From an uncultured Bacteroidales bacterium (GTDB lineage: Bacteria > Bacteroidota > Bacteroidia > Bacteroidales > UBA932): 64,000 bases of DNA. Positions 9,207 to 18,441 of this stretch are shown here, piece by piece. The notes under the pieces are model-generated. The model saw nothing but the letters and a program-made list of their open reading frames with translations, ran no database searches and had not been told where the DNA came from. The DNA lies in contig CAJOKD010000012.1 of NCBI GenBank assembly GCA_905235085.1, positions 8,308 to 72,307 of the forward strand, given 5' to 3'. How positions within the stretch are numbered: position 1 is the first letter of the stretch; every line of letters begins with the position of its first letter. The position numbers and the translations under genes were made by a program.

Positions 9207-10439
9207 TTATTCCGAAGGTATTACGACCTTAGGGAGGATACCTGTAAGATAGGCCATCGCGACCCCGTAGTTGGTCATCGGGATACCTTGCCTTCTGGCA
9301 GCTTCTACCCTGGAAAGAAGATGCTTGCGGGAGAATACGCATCCGCCGCAATGGATTACCATCGAATAATCCGAAAGATCCCGAGGGAAGTCCGTTCCTG
9401 AAGCTATATCGATATCGAGGATATCCTCCGGCGAAGCATCGGAGGCAAGTCCGAACCTGGCTGACAGTGACTTACGAAGCATCGCAGGCAGCTTGACCCT
9501 GCCTATGTCTTCACCTGCGGGTATGTGAGAGCAGGATTCGGCTATGAGGACCTTGTCCCCCGGACGGAGACGGTCGATGGCCTTTACACTTTCCACGAAA
9601 TAGGATATGTCTCCCTTGAACGCAGCCATCAAGATCGAGAATGATGTAAGACGAGTTCCCTGAGGAACTTCCGGAGCGACGGACTTGAATACCGAAGAAT
9701 CAGCTATAACAAGGTCCGGATTCCGTGACAGGGAATCGAGGGTCGCCTTGAATGACTCAGGAGTACAGTTTATGGAGACATTGCCGTTGTCAAGCAATTC
9801 CCGGATCACCCGTGCCTGGGGCATAATCAGCCTTCCCTTCGGAGCCTCGCTGTCCTGAGGCATAACGAGCACTACAATATCATCCTTGGAGACCAGGCCG
9901 CCAAGGAGGGACTGCTGGCCGAAATCGGCAGGAACCTTTTCGAGGAGGGCGTCCAGCAATGCAGGAATTCCCTGCCCAGTTGCAGCGCTCACTACCAAGG
10001 GCTTGACGCCCAGGTCCATAGCCAGAAGTTCGGCAGCCTGGGATGGATCGCCCAGACTGTCAGCCTTGTTCAGTACCACGAGGAACGGAGTACCTGAGGC
10101 CTTGAGATTCGAAATGGCAGGCTCTTCGACCAACTCGGTCACCGAATCCGCCACGCAGACAAGGACGACTATGTCAGCTTTCTCTATCTGTGCGTGGGTT
10201 GCAGACTCCCTGAAAGACCCGAGGGCGCCTACATCCCCGAGGCCGGCAGTGTCTATAAGCACACAGGCCCCCAGCCCTGGCAGTTCGATGGCTTTCCTGA
10301 CCGGATCAGTGGTAGTTCCGGGAATATCGGAAACGATTGATACTGATTGGCCGGCAATTGCATTGACCAATGACGACTTGCCTGCATTGCGCCTTCCGAT
10401 GAAAGCGATGCTGAGCCTATCCGAGCCCGGTGTTCCCAT
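9207..10439 (-). CDS. hydF: [FeFe] hydrogenase H-cluster maturation GTPase
   Basis: It carries the GTPase motifs GRRNAGKSSLVNAI and DTAG and the C-terminal cluster ligands ESCSH...IHCGGC. I trimmed the ORF-track start (10598) to ATG 10439, which abuts the hydG stop at 10441. Confidence 0.9.
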   Translation of the reverse strand: MGTPGSDRLSIAFIGRRNAGKSSLVNAIAGQSVSIVSDIPGTTTDPVRKAIELPGLGACVLIDTAGLGDVGALGSFRESATHAQIEKADIVVLVCVADSVTELVEEPAISNLKASGTPFLVVLNKADSLGDPSQAAELLAMDLGVKPLVVSAATGQGIPALLDALLEKVPADFGQQSLLGGLVSKDDIVVLVMPQDSEAPKGRLIMPQARVIRELLDNGNVSINCTPESFKATLDSLSRNPDLVIADSSVFKSVAPEVPQGTRLTSFSILMAAFKGDISYFVESVKAIDRLRPGDKVLIAESCSHIPAGEDIGRVKLPAMLRKSLSARFGLASDASPEDILDIDIASGTDFPRDLSDYSMVIHCGGCVFSRKHLLSRVEAARRQGIPMTNYGVAMAYLTGILPKVVIPSE

Positions 10440-10440
10440 A

Positions 10441-11859
10441 TCAGAATCTGAAATCACGTTTACCCTCCGAAATCTCATCCAGGTACTTCCTCGCACGAGT
10501 ACGAACCGGCTCCGGCACTTTCTCCATCTCCCTGCGGATAAGAGCCTGACCTTTCTCCCTCGTACCCGGCTGAGCATAGTCGAGGAGATACTCTTCAAGT
10601 GTCATCAACGCATTCGGAGTACAGCAATGATGGATCTTGCCTGCCTTGACGAGTTTCATAAACCTGTCGCCCGTCCTTCCTTCCCGGTAGCAAGCCGTAC
10701 AGAATGAAGGGATGTAATCCATACCTATCAGCCAGTCTATGACCTCGTCGAGCGACCTCAGGTCGTGCACGTCGAACTGGGCGGTCTCGTCGTGGCGTTC
10801 CGGAGTCGTATAGCCTCCGACTGATGTACGGGAGCCTCCGGATATCTGGGATATTCCGAGATCGAGCACCTTTTCACGAACCTTGCGTGACTCCCTCGTG
10901 GAGATGATCATTCCGGTGTACGGGGCTGATATCCTGATAATCGCCACTATCTTGCAGAATATTTCGTCCGGGAGCACGTTCGGGAAGTCCTTCAGGTCGA
11001 TGTCTTCCGCAGGGCAGAGGCGAGGTACGCTTATGGTATGCGGACCGACTCCGAACCGAGCTTCCAGATGCTCGGCGTGCATAAGCTGGCCCACAAGCTC
11101 GTAGCGATAATTGTTCAGGCCATAGAGCACTCCGCATCCAACATCGTCGCAACCGCCCTCCTGGGCCCTGTCCATAGCCTCGGTATGGTAGCAATAGTCA
11201 CTCTTCGGGCCGGTCGGGTGCAAAGCCTCGTAATTCTTCTTGTCGTATGTCTCCTGGAAGAGGATGTAGGTACCGATCCCGGCTTCGTGGAGCCTCCTGT
11301 AATTCTCTACCGTGGTAGCCGCTATGTTGACATTCACGCGCCTGATGGAACCGTTACCGGACTTCGTGGCATAGATGGTCTTGATGGATTCGAGAATATA
11401 GTCAAGCGGGTTGTGCACCGGATCCTCCCCCGCCTCGACGGCAATCCTCTTATGGCCCATATCCTCAAGCGCACGGACTTCCGCCGCTATCTCTTCCTGC
11501 GAGAGCTTCTTGCGTGGGATCTCACGGTTCTTTCCGTGATACGGGCAATATACGCAGCCGTTGATGCAATAATTTGAAAGATACAGCGGAGCGAACAGCA
11601 CGATGCGGTTGCCGTAAAGATCCTGCTTGATCTCCTTGGCAAGTTGGAATATCTTCTCGTTCAGGTCATCCAGTTCGCAGTCCATCAGGACGGCAGCCTC
11701 ACGGTGGGTAAGCCCCTTGACGGCGGCGGCCTTGTTCAGAATATCCTCTATCAATCCCCTGTTGCCCTTGTTCCTTTCGGCATATTCGAGGGTTTCCCGG
11801 ATTTCTTCGTCACAGATAAATTCTTCGGCGTGGCTGGACTTAGGATTATAAGTTGACAT
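10441..11859 (-). CDS. hydG: [FeFe] hydrogenase radical-SAM maturase
   Basis: 472 aa with the radical-SAM motif CINGCVYCPY, a HydG-like N-terminus (FICDEEIRETL) and a C-terminal Cys region. Confidence 0.92.
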   Translation of the reverse strand: MSTYNPKSSHAEEFICDEEIRETLEYAERNKGNRGLIEDILNKAAAVKGLTHREAAVLMDCELDDLNEKIFQLAKEIKQDLYGNRIVLFAPLYLSNYCINGCVYCPYHGKNREIPRKKLSQEEIAAEVRALEDMGHKRIAVEAGEDPVHNPLDYILESIKTIYATKSGNGSIRRVNVNIAATTVENYRRLHEAGIGTYILFQETYDKKNYEALHPTGPKSDYCYHTEAMDRAQEGGCDDVGCGVLYGLNNYRYELVGQLMHAEHLEARFGVGPHTISVPRLCPAEDIDLKDFPNVLPDEIFCKIVAIIRISAPYTGMIISTRESRKVREKVLDLGISQISGGSRTSVGGYTTPERHDETAQFDVHDLRSLDEVIDWLIGMDYIPSFCTACYREGRTGDRFMKLVKAGKIHHCCTPNALMTLEEYLLDYAQPGTREKGQALIRREMEKVPEPVRTRARKYLDEISEGKRDFRF

Positions 11860-14800
11860 ATTTGTTTATATCCTTGACTTTCTTTACAAGTTCCCTATAA
11901 TCTCCGGTATCCTTTCCGGAAGAGAAATTGCGCAGGTATAGATTCTCGGAAACGATGCGTTCATCCTCAGCTTCGAGGGTCAGCCTCATCAGGCAGGCTC
12001 CGTCAGGGATGTCGGCAACGTCGATGGCATCGACCGTGGAGTCTTCCGCAAGGTCGATGACGGCCGTCTTGGAATATACTTCCTCATCCTTCAGGTTCGT
12101 AAGGACTATCCTGACGGTCAGCGAGTCGATGTCGCATATAGTGGAATTTACAGCCTGGACGGTCATCGCGTAAGGATTGAACTGGACGTGCACCGGCTCG
12201 CAGGCCTTCATAACTCCGTAGAACGCAGCAGTCTTGTCGAAATAATAGTCGTAGGTCTGCCAGGCCAGGCTGGGCCAGGCGCTGTGCGACATCCATATCA
12301 GCAATCCCTTGCGGGCTACATTGTTCGCCTCGTACATTGCCCGGTAGCCGTCATAGTTGATGAACTGGGCATATTCAGAGAAGGACTCCGCTGTTTCCAG
12401 AGCCTCCTCCCCGAACCTGCGGGATACCATTCCGAGGAAAGCGGTATCGCCCTGGGCTCCGGTCCTGGTGAAATCGTGCTGCCCCCATACATCATCGGCA
12501 GGCCAGAGATGGTCCTCGCCGAAGGTGGCGGTAAGGCTTCCGAGGTTCATAATGGCAGGCATTCCCCTTTCAGTGTGGAACTTCAGGGCAGGCATTGCGA
12601 AATAAGAATCCGGCTCGACAGCCCTGTATGGTCCGTGCCCGGAGACACCGTCGTCAGCTGACGAAGGGATGTAGAGCATCCCCGGATGGTACTGGTTCAC
12701 CGTCTTGATTATCCTGGAATTCAGCATTGCTGGAGGATATCCTTCATTACGGCCGCAATACAGTGCGATGCTCGGATGACGGCGGATATTCTTGACATAA
12801 TCCTCGGCATTGGCGATGAACATATCTTCATCATCCGGATCCGGTCCGTCAGTAGGGTTGGCAAGCCAGAAGTCCTGCCATACCATAATCCCGTACTTGT
12901 CGCAGGCATCATAGAACTCTTCGTCTCCAGTCTGTCCCACCCAGTTACGTATCATATTGAGATTCATCTCCTTATGGTATGAGACAGCCTTGTCGTATTC
13001 ATCCGCCCCATAACGGAGGAGGAATTCGCTGAAGCCCCAGTTCCCACCCTTCGGGAGGAAACGATGGCCGTTCACATAGAGGTCGAGGCTCGTGCGCTCC
13101 CCGCTCCAGGTGACTTCACGTATACCGGCTTTCCAGGACAGGTCAGGATTGGTTGTGTCCAGAGTATCACCCTCTGCCACAAAGGTGAAGGCAGCGTCGT
13201 GCAGGGTAGGTTTCCCATAGCCGTTAGGCCACCAGAGTTCCACCTGACGGTTCAGGAGGTCAGGACATTCGGCCGGAGTGACAGTCACGGTCCTGGTTTC
13301 ACCAGGCACCAGGAATACGGCCTTGGAGAAAGCGATGCTGTCCATCGAACCGAATACGGTCCCCTTCACCGGTACATCAGAAAGATTGGTGACATCCACG
13401 GAGAAAGTCATCGAAGCCAGGGTGTCCGGCTGCGATATACGGCTCTGTACCATAGGATTGTCGAGTACCACGTCCTTTGCGTTGGTGAGACGGACATCGT
13501 TCCATATTCCTATCTCACGGCCCCTGACGGTCGGGATCCAGTCCCAGCCGACGGTAGCGTGGAAGGTAGGGTTGTCAGCTCCGAGTATACCGCCGTTGAA
13601 GTCGGGACTCTCAGCATTCTTCTCCTTCACCGCACCATAGTTGGCGTTCTTGATGACGTGTATTGCAAGAGTAGCGGTGCCGGTGGTGTCGAGCAGTTCA
13701 GTGACATCGAAACACCCGCGGATGAAGGCTCCGGCAATGTCTCCCAGGCGGTGTCCGTTGAAGAACACCTCCGCCTTCCAGTTGATTCCGTCAAGGTTCA
13801 GGATAGTCCTCGGACGGATGCTGTCGGTCGGGACAGGCATCGTGCCCCTGTACCAGAAATCACTGTTGAAGAACGACTCGGATATCTGATTGATATTGTC
13901 TGCCACGCCCGGATCAGGTACGGCGCCTGCTTCAAGATAGCTCGTGAGCACCGTTCCCGGGACTACCGCAGGCAGCCAGGCCGAGGCGTCATATCCGGTG
14001 CTGGATATCTCCTCGCCGGTACCTTCCACGTTGCCCGCCCTCTGGAGCTGCCAGGTGCCTGGTCCTATTCCGACCGTCTCAGCTGCAACCTCGATTCCTT
14101 TTTTGAAGAGAGCCTTCTTGTCAGGGACCTGGACACCTATGACCTGGATCTCACTCACGGCGAAATGGCCTGTGGAATCGGCTCCGGTCATCGACAGTCT
14201 GATATAGCGGCCCTTGCCTTTCTTTATCGGAACTACAGACAGAAGGGAATCTATTGCGGGAACCGGCATCAGCTTCTTCCATTTCTCACCATCCTCGGAT
14301 GACTCCAAGACAGCCAGCTTCGCCTTGTGTATCCAATGGATGTTCACCAGGTTGAATTGGCTGAGGGCTCCCAAGTCCACGGTGATCCACTGCGGCTGGT
14401 CGTCGGCGCTCATCCATACGCTGTTGAAATCCTCGGATGGAAGAGTGCTGAACCCACGTGCCTCCGCCGAAGCATAAGGACCTGTGTCATTGCTCTTGCG
14501 GAACCATTTCTCCGTGGTGAAGTCCACCGAATTGATCCTCCAGAATATTGTGCTGTCCTGCTTGAACTCGATCTTGAAGCGGTCGAAATCTTCGGCATCC
14601 TTGAGAGGAATGACAAGCTCAATATCCCGTGCATTGACGGTGATTTCTTCACCCTGCTTGTTAGGATCGGTCATCTTGATAGCCTGGTGGGCAACTCCCG
14701 GAAGTGAATATCCCTGAAGCCCACCGACCCTTACAAGGCTGTCGCCGCCGGCATAGCAGTCGATGGAATATCCCTTCGCCTTATCCTTGCAGACAAGCAT

Positions 14801-15154
14801 TCCCTTGATGCGGACGCAGTTGGCCGAGAATTTCTGCCCGCTCCACTGATAGTCCAGGAAATTTTCAGGGCCGTCCAGACGCGCTGCCGAGTGAGGACCG
14901 TAGTCAAGGGTCCATTCCTTCTCCCTTTTCGGAAGTTCTCCCGCGGCTGTGGAGACTTTTACCCAGGATGGTTCCACATCCTCTATGATACCGTCCGTGA
15001 CAAGCTGGGCGGTAAGGTTGTAGTCATAGTTGGACGATGCGATGGCTGTCTTGTTGAGCGCAAGGTTGATAAGAGATTCCTTATTGAGCTTGTTGCAGGC
15101 ACAAAGCAAAGCAACAACGGCAAGGAATGCTATAACCGGTGTCTTGGATTTCAT
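11846..15154 (-). CDS. Glycoside hydrolase family 2-like lipoprotein with N-terminal discoidin/CBM32-like domain(s)
   Basis: Lipobox LLCAC. An F5/8-type-C-like segment is present (QPQWITVDLG...FAVSEIQVIG). The GH2 core has WWPNGYGKPTLHD, NMIRNWVGQ and CGRNEG. Confidence 0.8.
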   Translation of the reverse strand: MKSKTPVIAFLAVVALLCACNKLNKESLINLALNKTAIASSNYDYNLTAQLVTDGIIEDVEPSWVKVSTAAGELPKREKEWTLDYGPHSAARLDGPENFLDYQWSGQKFSANCVRIKGMLVCKDKAKGYSIDCYAGGDSLVRVGGLQGYSLPGVAHQAIKMTDPNKQGEEITVNARDIELVIPLKDAEDFDRFKIEFKQDSTIFWRINSVDFTTEKWFRKSNDTGPYASAEARGFSTLPSEDFNSVWMSADDQPQWITVDLGALSQFNLVNIHWIHKAKLAVLESSEDGEKWKKLMPVPAIDSLLSVVPIKKGKGRYIRLSMTGADSTGHFAVSEIQVIGVQVPDKKALFKKGIEVAAETVGIGPGTWQLQRAGNVEGTGEEISSTGYDASAWLPAVVPGTVLTSYLEAGAVPDPGVADNINQISESFFNSDFWYRGTMPVPTDSIRPRTILNLDGINWKAEVFFNGHRLGDIAGAFIRGCFDVTELLDTTGTATLAIHVIKNANYGAVKEKNAESPDFNGGILGADNPTFHATVGWDWIPTVRGREIGIWNDVRLTNAKDVVLDNPMVQSRISQPDTLASMTFSVDVTNLSDVPVKGTVFGSMDSIAFSKAVFLVPGETRTVTVTPAECPDLLNRQVELWWPNGYGKPTLHDAAFTFVAEGDTLDTTNPDLSWKAGIREVTWSGERTSLDLYVNGHRFLPKGGNWGFSEFLLRYGADEYDKAVSYHKEMNLNMIRNWVGQTGDEEFYDACDKYGIMVWQDFWLANPTDGPDPDDEDMFIANAEDYVKNIRRHPSIALYCGRNEGYPPAMLNSRIIKTVNQYHPGMLYIPSSADDGVSGHGPYRAVEPDSYFAMPALKFHTERGMPAIMNLGSLTATFGEDHLWPADDVWGQHDFTRTGAQGDTAFLGMVSRRFGEEALETAESFSEYAQFINYDGYRAMYEANNVARKGLLIWMSHSAWPSLAWQTYDYYFDKTAAFYGVMKACEPVHVQFNPYAMTVQAVNSTICDIDSLTVRIVLTNLKDEEVYSKTAVIDLAEDSTVDAIDVADIPDGACLMRLTLEAEDERIVSENLYLRNFSSGKDTGDYRELVKKVKDINKYVNL

Positions 15155-15190
15155 ATTGCTGGTGATTATGAGGCCGAGGTCTGGACAGAG

Positions 15191-15275
15191 CGGAGGATAC
15201 AGGATTCGAACCTGTGGGGCCTTTCAGCCGACTTGTTTTCGAGACAAGCACCATAAACCACTCGGACAATCCTCC
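15191..15275 (-). tRNA. tRNA-Ser (anticodon CGA)
   Basis: The 85-nt minus-strand sequence GGAGGATTGTCCGAG...CTTGT-CTCGAAA-ACAAG...ACAGGTTCGAATCCTGTATCCTCCG folds by hand. It has a 7-bp acceptor stem, a 5-bp anticodon stem with CGA, a long variable arm and a TTCGAAT T-loop. Confidence 0.9.
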
Positions 15276-15288
15276 GTTTTTTCATTTG

Positions 15289-15296
15289 CAAAAATA
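15289..15296 (-). promoter_or_regulatory. Bacteroidota -7 box (TATTTTTG) upstream of tRNA-Ser
   Basis: The reverse complement of caaaaata matches TAnnTTTG, 14 nt upstream of the tRNA 5' end. Confidence 0.45.
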
Positions 15297-15400
15297 GTAA
15301 TTTTACCCGGAATTCAGAATAATTTGCGAAATTTGAGAAAACAATATTCCGAAATGGATTCCCAAGCATTCTCAAATACAGATGGCTGGCCTGGCTGGTC

Positions 15401-17380
15401 TTGATCCCCGTTGCAGTCAACCTGGCGGGGCATCTTGCCGGCACTCCTGCACTTACCGTTACATCCAAACCGCTGCTGATGCCTCTCCTCGCCCTTACGT
15501 CCTGGATCATAATGAGTTCCGGTGGCGTACGTGGCCGCAGGAAGGCCACGATTGTGCTTGCACTGCTATTCGGGGCACTGGGAGACATCCTGCTGATGCT
15601 GCGTGGAACCTCCTGGTTCCTGGCCGGAATGCTTGCTTTCCTGATCGGACATATATTCTATTTCAGTACCCTTCCGACTCCTTGGAAAACCAAAGGTTTC
15701 TGGGAGACCGCCTTCTCGACGATCCTCCTTGCCGCTCTCCTGGTATTCGTGGTAACCTTCATGAAGAGATTCGGCCTCGACGGGGTTATGGGGTTTGCAG
15801 TCACGGTGTATGCCTGCGCTTTCGCTTTCCTGGTCCACGGTTGCGTGATGGCGGCGATTAGCCGCAGAAGGCCGCTGTACCTTCTGACTGCACTCGGCTT
15901 CGCGATATTCGCATTCTCCGACCTGCTCGTGGCCACCGGGGTATTCACGGATATCCACATCCCAAAGAAGGGCTTCCTGGTAATGTCCACATACATACTT
16001 GCGCAGGCGGTCGTTTCGCTGTCTCTCGCTTCCGAGCTCAGGGATGAACTCCTGAATACGGAATGCGGCAGGAGACTGCGCAGGCTAAATGCCCTTATGG
16101 ACGGTCTCAAGGCCAGGGAGGAGCAATTCTATCAGGCTTTCGACAAAGACTTCGGAAAGGGAGCGTTCGAGACATACACCACCGAGACCGGTTATCTCTA
16201 CAACAGCATCAAGCATACTGCGAACCATCTTGGAGACTGGATGCAGCCTTCTGCCGCCAAGACTCCTTTCGTCCTGTGGCCGGCAAAAAGCAGGATTCTC
16301 TCCGAACCCTACGGGAAAGTCCTGATAATAGGCCCTTTCAACTACCCGCTCAACCTGGTCATAGCCCCACTGGCGGCCGCTCTGGCCGCAGGGAACACCG
16401 CTGTCGTCAAACCTTCTCGCCAGACGCCCCACGTTTCCTCCCTTATCAAGTCGATGCTGGAAGAAGCTTTCCCTTCAGACGTGGTGGAAGTAGTGGACGG
16501 GAGTATATCGAACGAGGAACTGCTCGCCAGGGAATATGATTACATATTCTTCACCGGTAGTCCCAAGGTCGGGAAGATCGTGATGGAGGCGGCCTCCAAG
16601 CATCTTACCCCTGTGACGCTTGAACTCGGTGGAAAGAGTCCGGCCATAGTCTGCCCGAGCGCAGATGTCCGGCTTGCCTGCGAGCGTATAGCCAAGGGCA
16701 AGTTCCTGAACGCAGGACAGACTTGCGTGGCCCCCGATTATGTCCTTGTGCACGAGTCCCTCCACGATGCCTTCATTTCAACTATGAAGGAAGTCGTAAG
16801 GGAGTATTTCGGAGATATCTCGACTAGGCCTTCGGAGATGACCCTGATGGCGACACGAAGGCATTTCGACAGGGTTGCAGGGCTGATACCTTCTGGCACT
16901 GAAGGTCAAGGCCGTATAGCCATCGGAGGAAATACCGATCCTTCAATCAATTACATCGCGCCGACAGTTATCGACCATTGTTCCTGGGACGAGCCGGCGA
17001 TGCAGGAAGAGATTTTCGGACCGGTGCTCCCTGTACTCACATATTCGGATTTGAAGACCGAAGTTATCGACAAGCTCCACGATTCAAGGCCGCTGTCCCT
17101 GTATGTATTCTCGAGGAAGTGCAAGGAAAAGAAGGCCATCCTGGAAGGGATACGGTTCGGGGGCGGATGCGTGAATGAAACGATTATGCATCTCGGCAAC
17201 GAGAACCTTCCATTCGGCGGGATCGGTGAATCAGGGATGGGAGCATACCACGGCCGTACCGGCTTCGATACCTTCTCCCACAGGAAGTCGGTTCTGTACA
17301 AGTCTTCCTGGCTTACCTTCGACTTCCTCAAGCCACCGTATTCCAACAAATTGAAACTGATCAGGAAAATATACAAGTAA
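15401..17380 (+). CDS. Fusion protein: YhhN/lysoplasmalogenase-family membrane domain + class-3 aldehyde dehydrogenase
   Basis: Residues 1-212 are polytopic and YhhN-like (SKPLLMPLL, LFGALGDILL, FLIGHIFY, AFSDLLVA). From about residue 215 the protein is ALDH3-like: PFNYPLNL, FTGSPKVGKIV, ELGGKSP, the catalytic Cys in GQTCVAPDY, and EEIFGPVLP. The listed start is a TTG, so the true start is uncertain. Confidence 0.85.
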   Translation: MIPVAVNLAGHLAGTPALTVTSKPLLMPLLALTSWIIMSSGGVRGRRKATIVLALLFGALGDILLMLRGTSWFLAGMLAFLIGHIFYFSTLPTPWKTKGFWETAFSTILLAALLVFVVTFMKRFGLDGVMGFAVTVYACAFAFLVHGCVMAAISRRRPLYLLTALGFAIFAFSDLLVATGVFTDIHIPKKGFLVMSTYILAQAVVSLSLASELRDELLNTECGRRLRRLNALMDGLKAREEQFYQAFDKDFGKGAFETYTTETGYLYNSIKHTANHLGDWMQPSAAKTPFVLWPAKSRILSEPYGKVLIIGPFNYPLNLVIAPLAAALAAGNTAVVKPSRQTPHVSSLIKSMLEEAFPSDVVEVVDGSISNEELLAREYDYIFFTGSPKVGKIVMEAASKHLTPVTLELGGKSPAIVCPSADVRLACERIAKGKFLNAGQTCVAPDYVLVHESLHDAFISTMKEVVREYFGDISTRPSEMTLMATRRHFDRVAGLIPSGTEGQGRIAIGGNTDPSINYIAPTVIDHCSWDEPAMQEEIFGPVLPVLTYSDLKTEVIDKLHDSRPLSLYVFSRKCKEKKAILEGIRFGGGCVNETIMHLGNENLPFGGIGESGMGAYHGRTGFDTFSHRKSVLYKSSWLTFDFLKPPYSNKLKLIRKIYK

Positions 17381-17385
17381 AGCCT

Positions 17386-18441
17386 ATGCAAACAGAGGTC
17401 AGGAACGGCAGCAGGAGCTACGTATGGCTCCTCCACATTGCTATCTGGGCGGTATTGTTCGGGATGCCGTTCTTTTCCCCACGCCTTGGTCATCCCCTCC
17501 ACGGCGGAGTCAACTATTCAAGGTTCGTCCCTGTATTGGTCTCGTTCTTCATCGTATTCTATGTCAATTACTTCCTGTTGATCAAGAAGTATCTTTACAA
17601 CAGGAAGTTCGGACTGTTCATTCTGTGGAACATCCTGCTGATCGCCCTGGTCAGCTTCCTGGTGCACCTGGTGTTCAAGTACGCTTTTCCAGTCGCAGCC
17701 GACATCAGGCCGCACAGGCGTCAGGTCCCGCTCATCAGGCATCTCAGCCAGATAGTCCGCAACTCCGTCAGCTATCTCGGCATAGTCTGCGTCGCGGTCG
17801 CGATAAGGATGACCGGGAGATGGTACAGGGATGAAAACAAACGGAAGGAGACCGAGATGCTCAAGGCCGAGACCGAACTCGCCAACCTCAAGAGCCAGAT
17901 CAATCCGCATTTCCTCTTCAATACCCTCAACAACATTTATTCGTTGATCGGCATAGACCAGGCTCAGGCTCAGGAGGCCGTCCACGATCTAAGCGGGATG
18001 ATGCGGTACCTCCTGTACGAGAGCGAGCAGCCTACGGTTTCCCTGGCAAGCGAATCCGCATTCCTGAAAGATTATGTCAAGCTGATGAGTCTCAGGCTGC
18101 CGGAAGACCGGGTCAGGACGGAAGTTTCCCTACCGGAGGATTCCGGCACCAGGATTGCCCCGATGCTGTTCATCCCACTGGTCGAGAATGCCTTCAAGCA
18201 CGGCATCAGCGACACTGAAGGATCCTTCGTCAAGATCGACCTTCACGAAGACGGAGACTCTGTGGTCTGCCGCGTGGAGAACAGTTGTTTCCCGAAGGAC
18301 GACAAGGACAGGAGCGGTTCAGGAATAGGACTCAGGAACCTCAGCCGACGCCTGGATATGCTCTATCACGGCAAGTACTCTTTCGAGTACGGGCCAGTCA
18401 GTGACAAATATCAGAGTATCTTGAAAATCAAGACTATATGA
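17386..18441 (+). CDS. Sensor histidine kinase, LytS/YehU-type (His_kinase + HATPase)
   Basis: It has N-terminal TM helices, LKSQINPHFLFNTLNNI and an ATPase G-box (GSGIGLRNL). It overlaps the downstream LytTR regulator by 4 nt. Confidence 0.85.
   Translation: MQTEVRNGSRSYVWLLHIAIWAVLFGMPFFSPRLGHPLHGGVNYSRFVPVLVSFFIVFYVNYFLLIKKYLYNRKFGLFILWNILLIALVSFLVHLVFKYAFPVAADIRPHRRQVPLIRHLSQIVRNSVSYLGIVCVAVAIRMTGRWYRDENKRKETEMLKAETELANLKSQINPHFLFNTLNNIYSLIGIDQAQAQEAVHDLSGMMRYLLYESEQPTVSLASESAFLKDYVKLMSLRLPEDRVRTEVSLPEDSGTRIAPMLFIPLVENAFKHGISDTEGSFVKIDLHEDGDSVVCRVENSCFPKDDKDRSGSGIGLRNLSRRLDMLYHGKYSFEYGPVSDKYQSILKIKTI

Noticed and set aside
10440-10598. N-terminal extensions proposed by the ORF track: hydF to 10598, the MscS gene to 22507, the delta ferredoxin to 28497, the TPR gene to 28606, GH3 to 39869, ridA to 43926, DUF4491 to 51555 and hydE to 36442.
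   Set aside because: The track takes the longest ATG/GTG/TTG ORF. The extensions overlap the preceding gene, are Arg-rich nonsense, or run through the -7 promoter box. Internal ATGs give canonical N-termini.
13064-14302. 412-aa ORF antisense to the GH2 gene, plus several shorter ORFs at 12188-14707.
   Set aside because: The sense ORF is a continuous 1102-aa lipoprotein with GH2 motifs. The antisense products have no recognisable features.
15155-15400. Flanks of tRNA-Ser, and of tRNA-Val at 58252-58443, examined as possible integration sites for mobile elements.
   Set aside because: There is no integrase or recombinase gene, no duplicated tRNA 3' segment (att-like direct repeat) and no compositional break that I could see. 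The neighbouring genes are ordinary.
15320-15403. Possible frameshift or non-canonical start at the 5' end of the YhhN-ALDH gene. ATGs at 15354 and 15382 are in the other two frames, only a TTG at 15401 is in frame, and an imperfect 9-nt tandem (tggctggcc/tggctggtc) sits here.
   Set aside because: This cannot be resolved without reads or orthologues. The in-frame upstream codons (YRWLAWLVL) look like part of a TM helix, so the true start may be upstream or a 1-nt error may exist. The downstream 659 codons are intact, so I treat it as a start-site uncertainty rather than a pseudogene.
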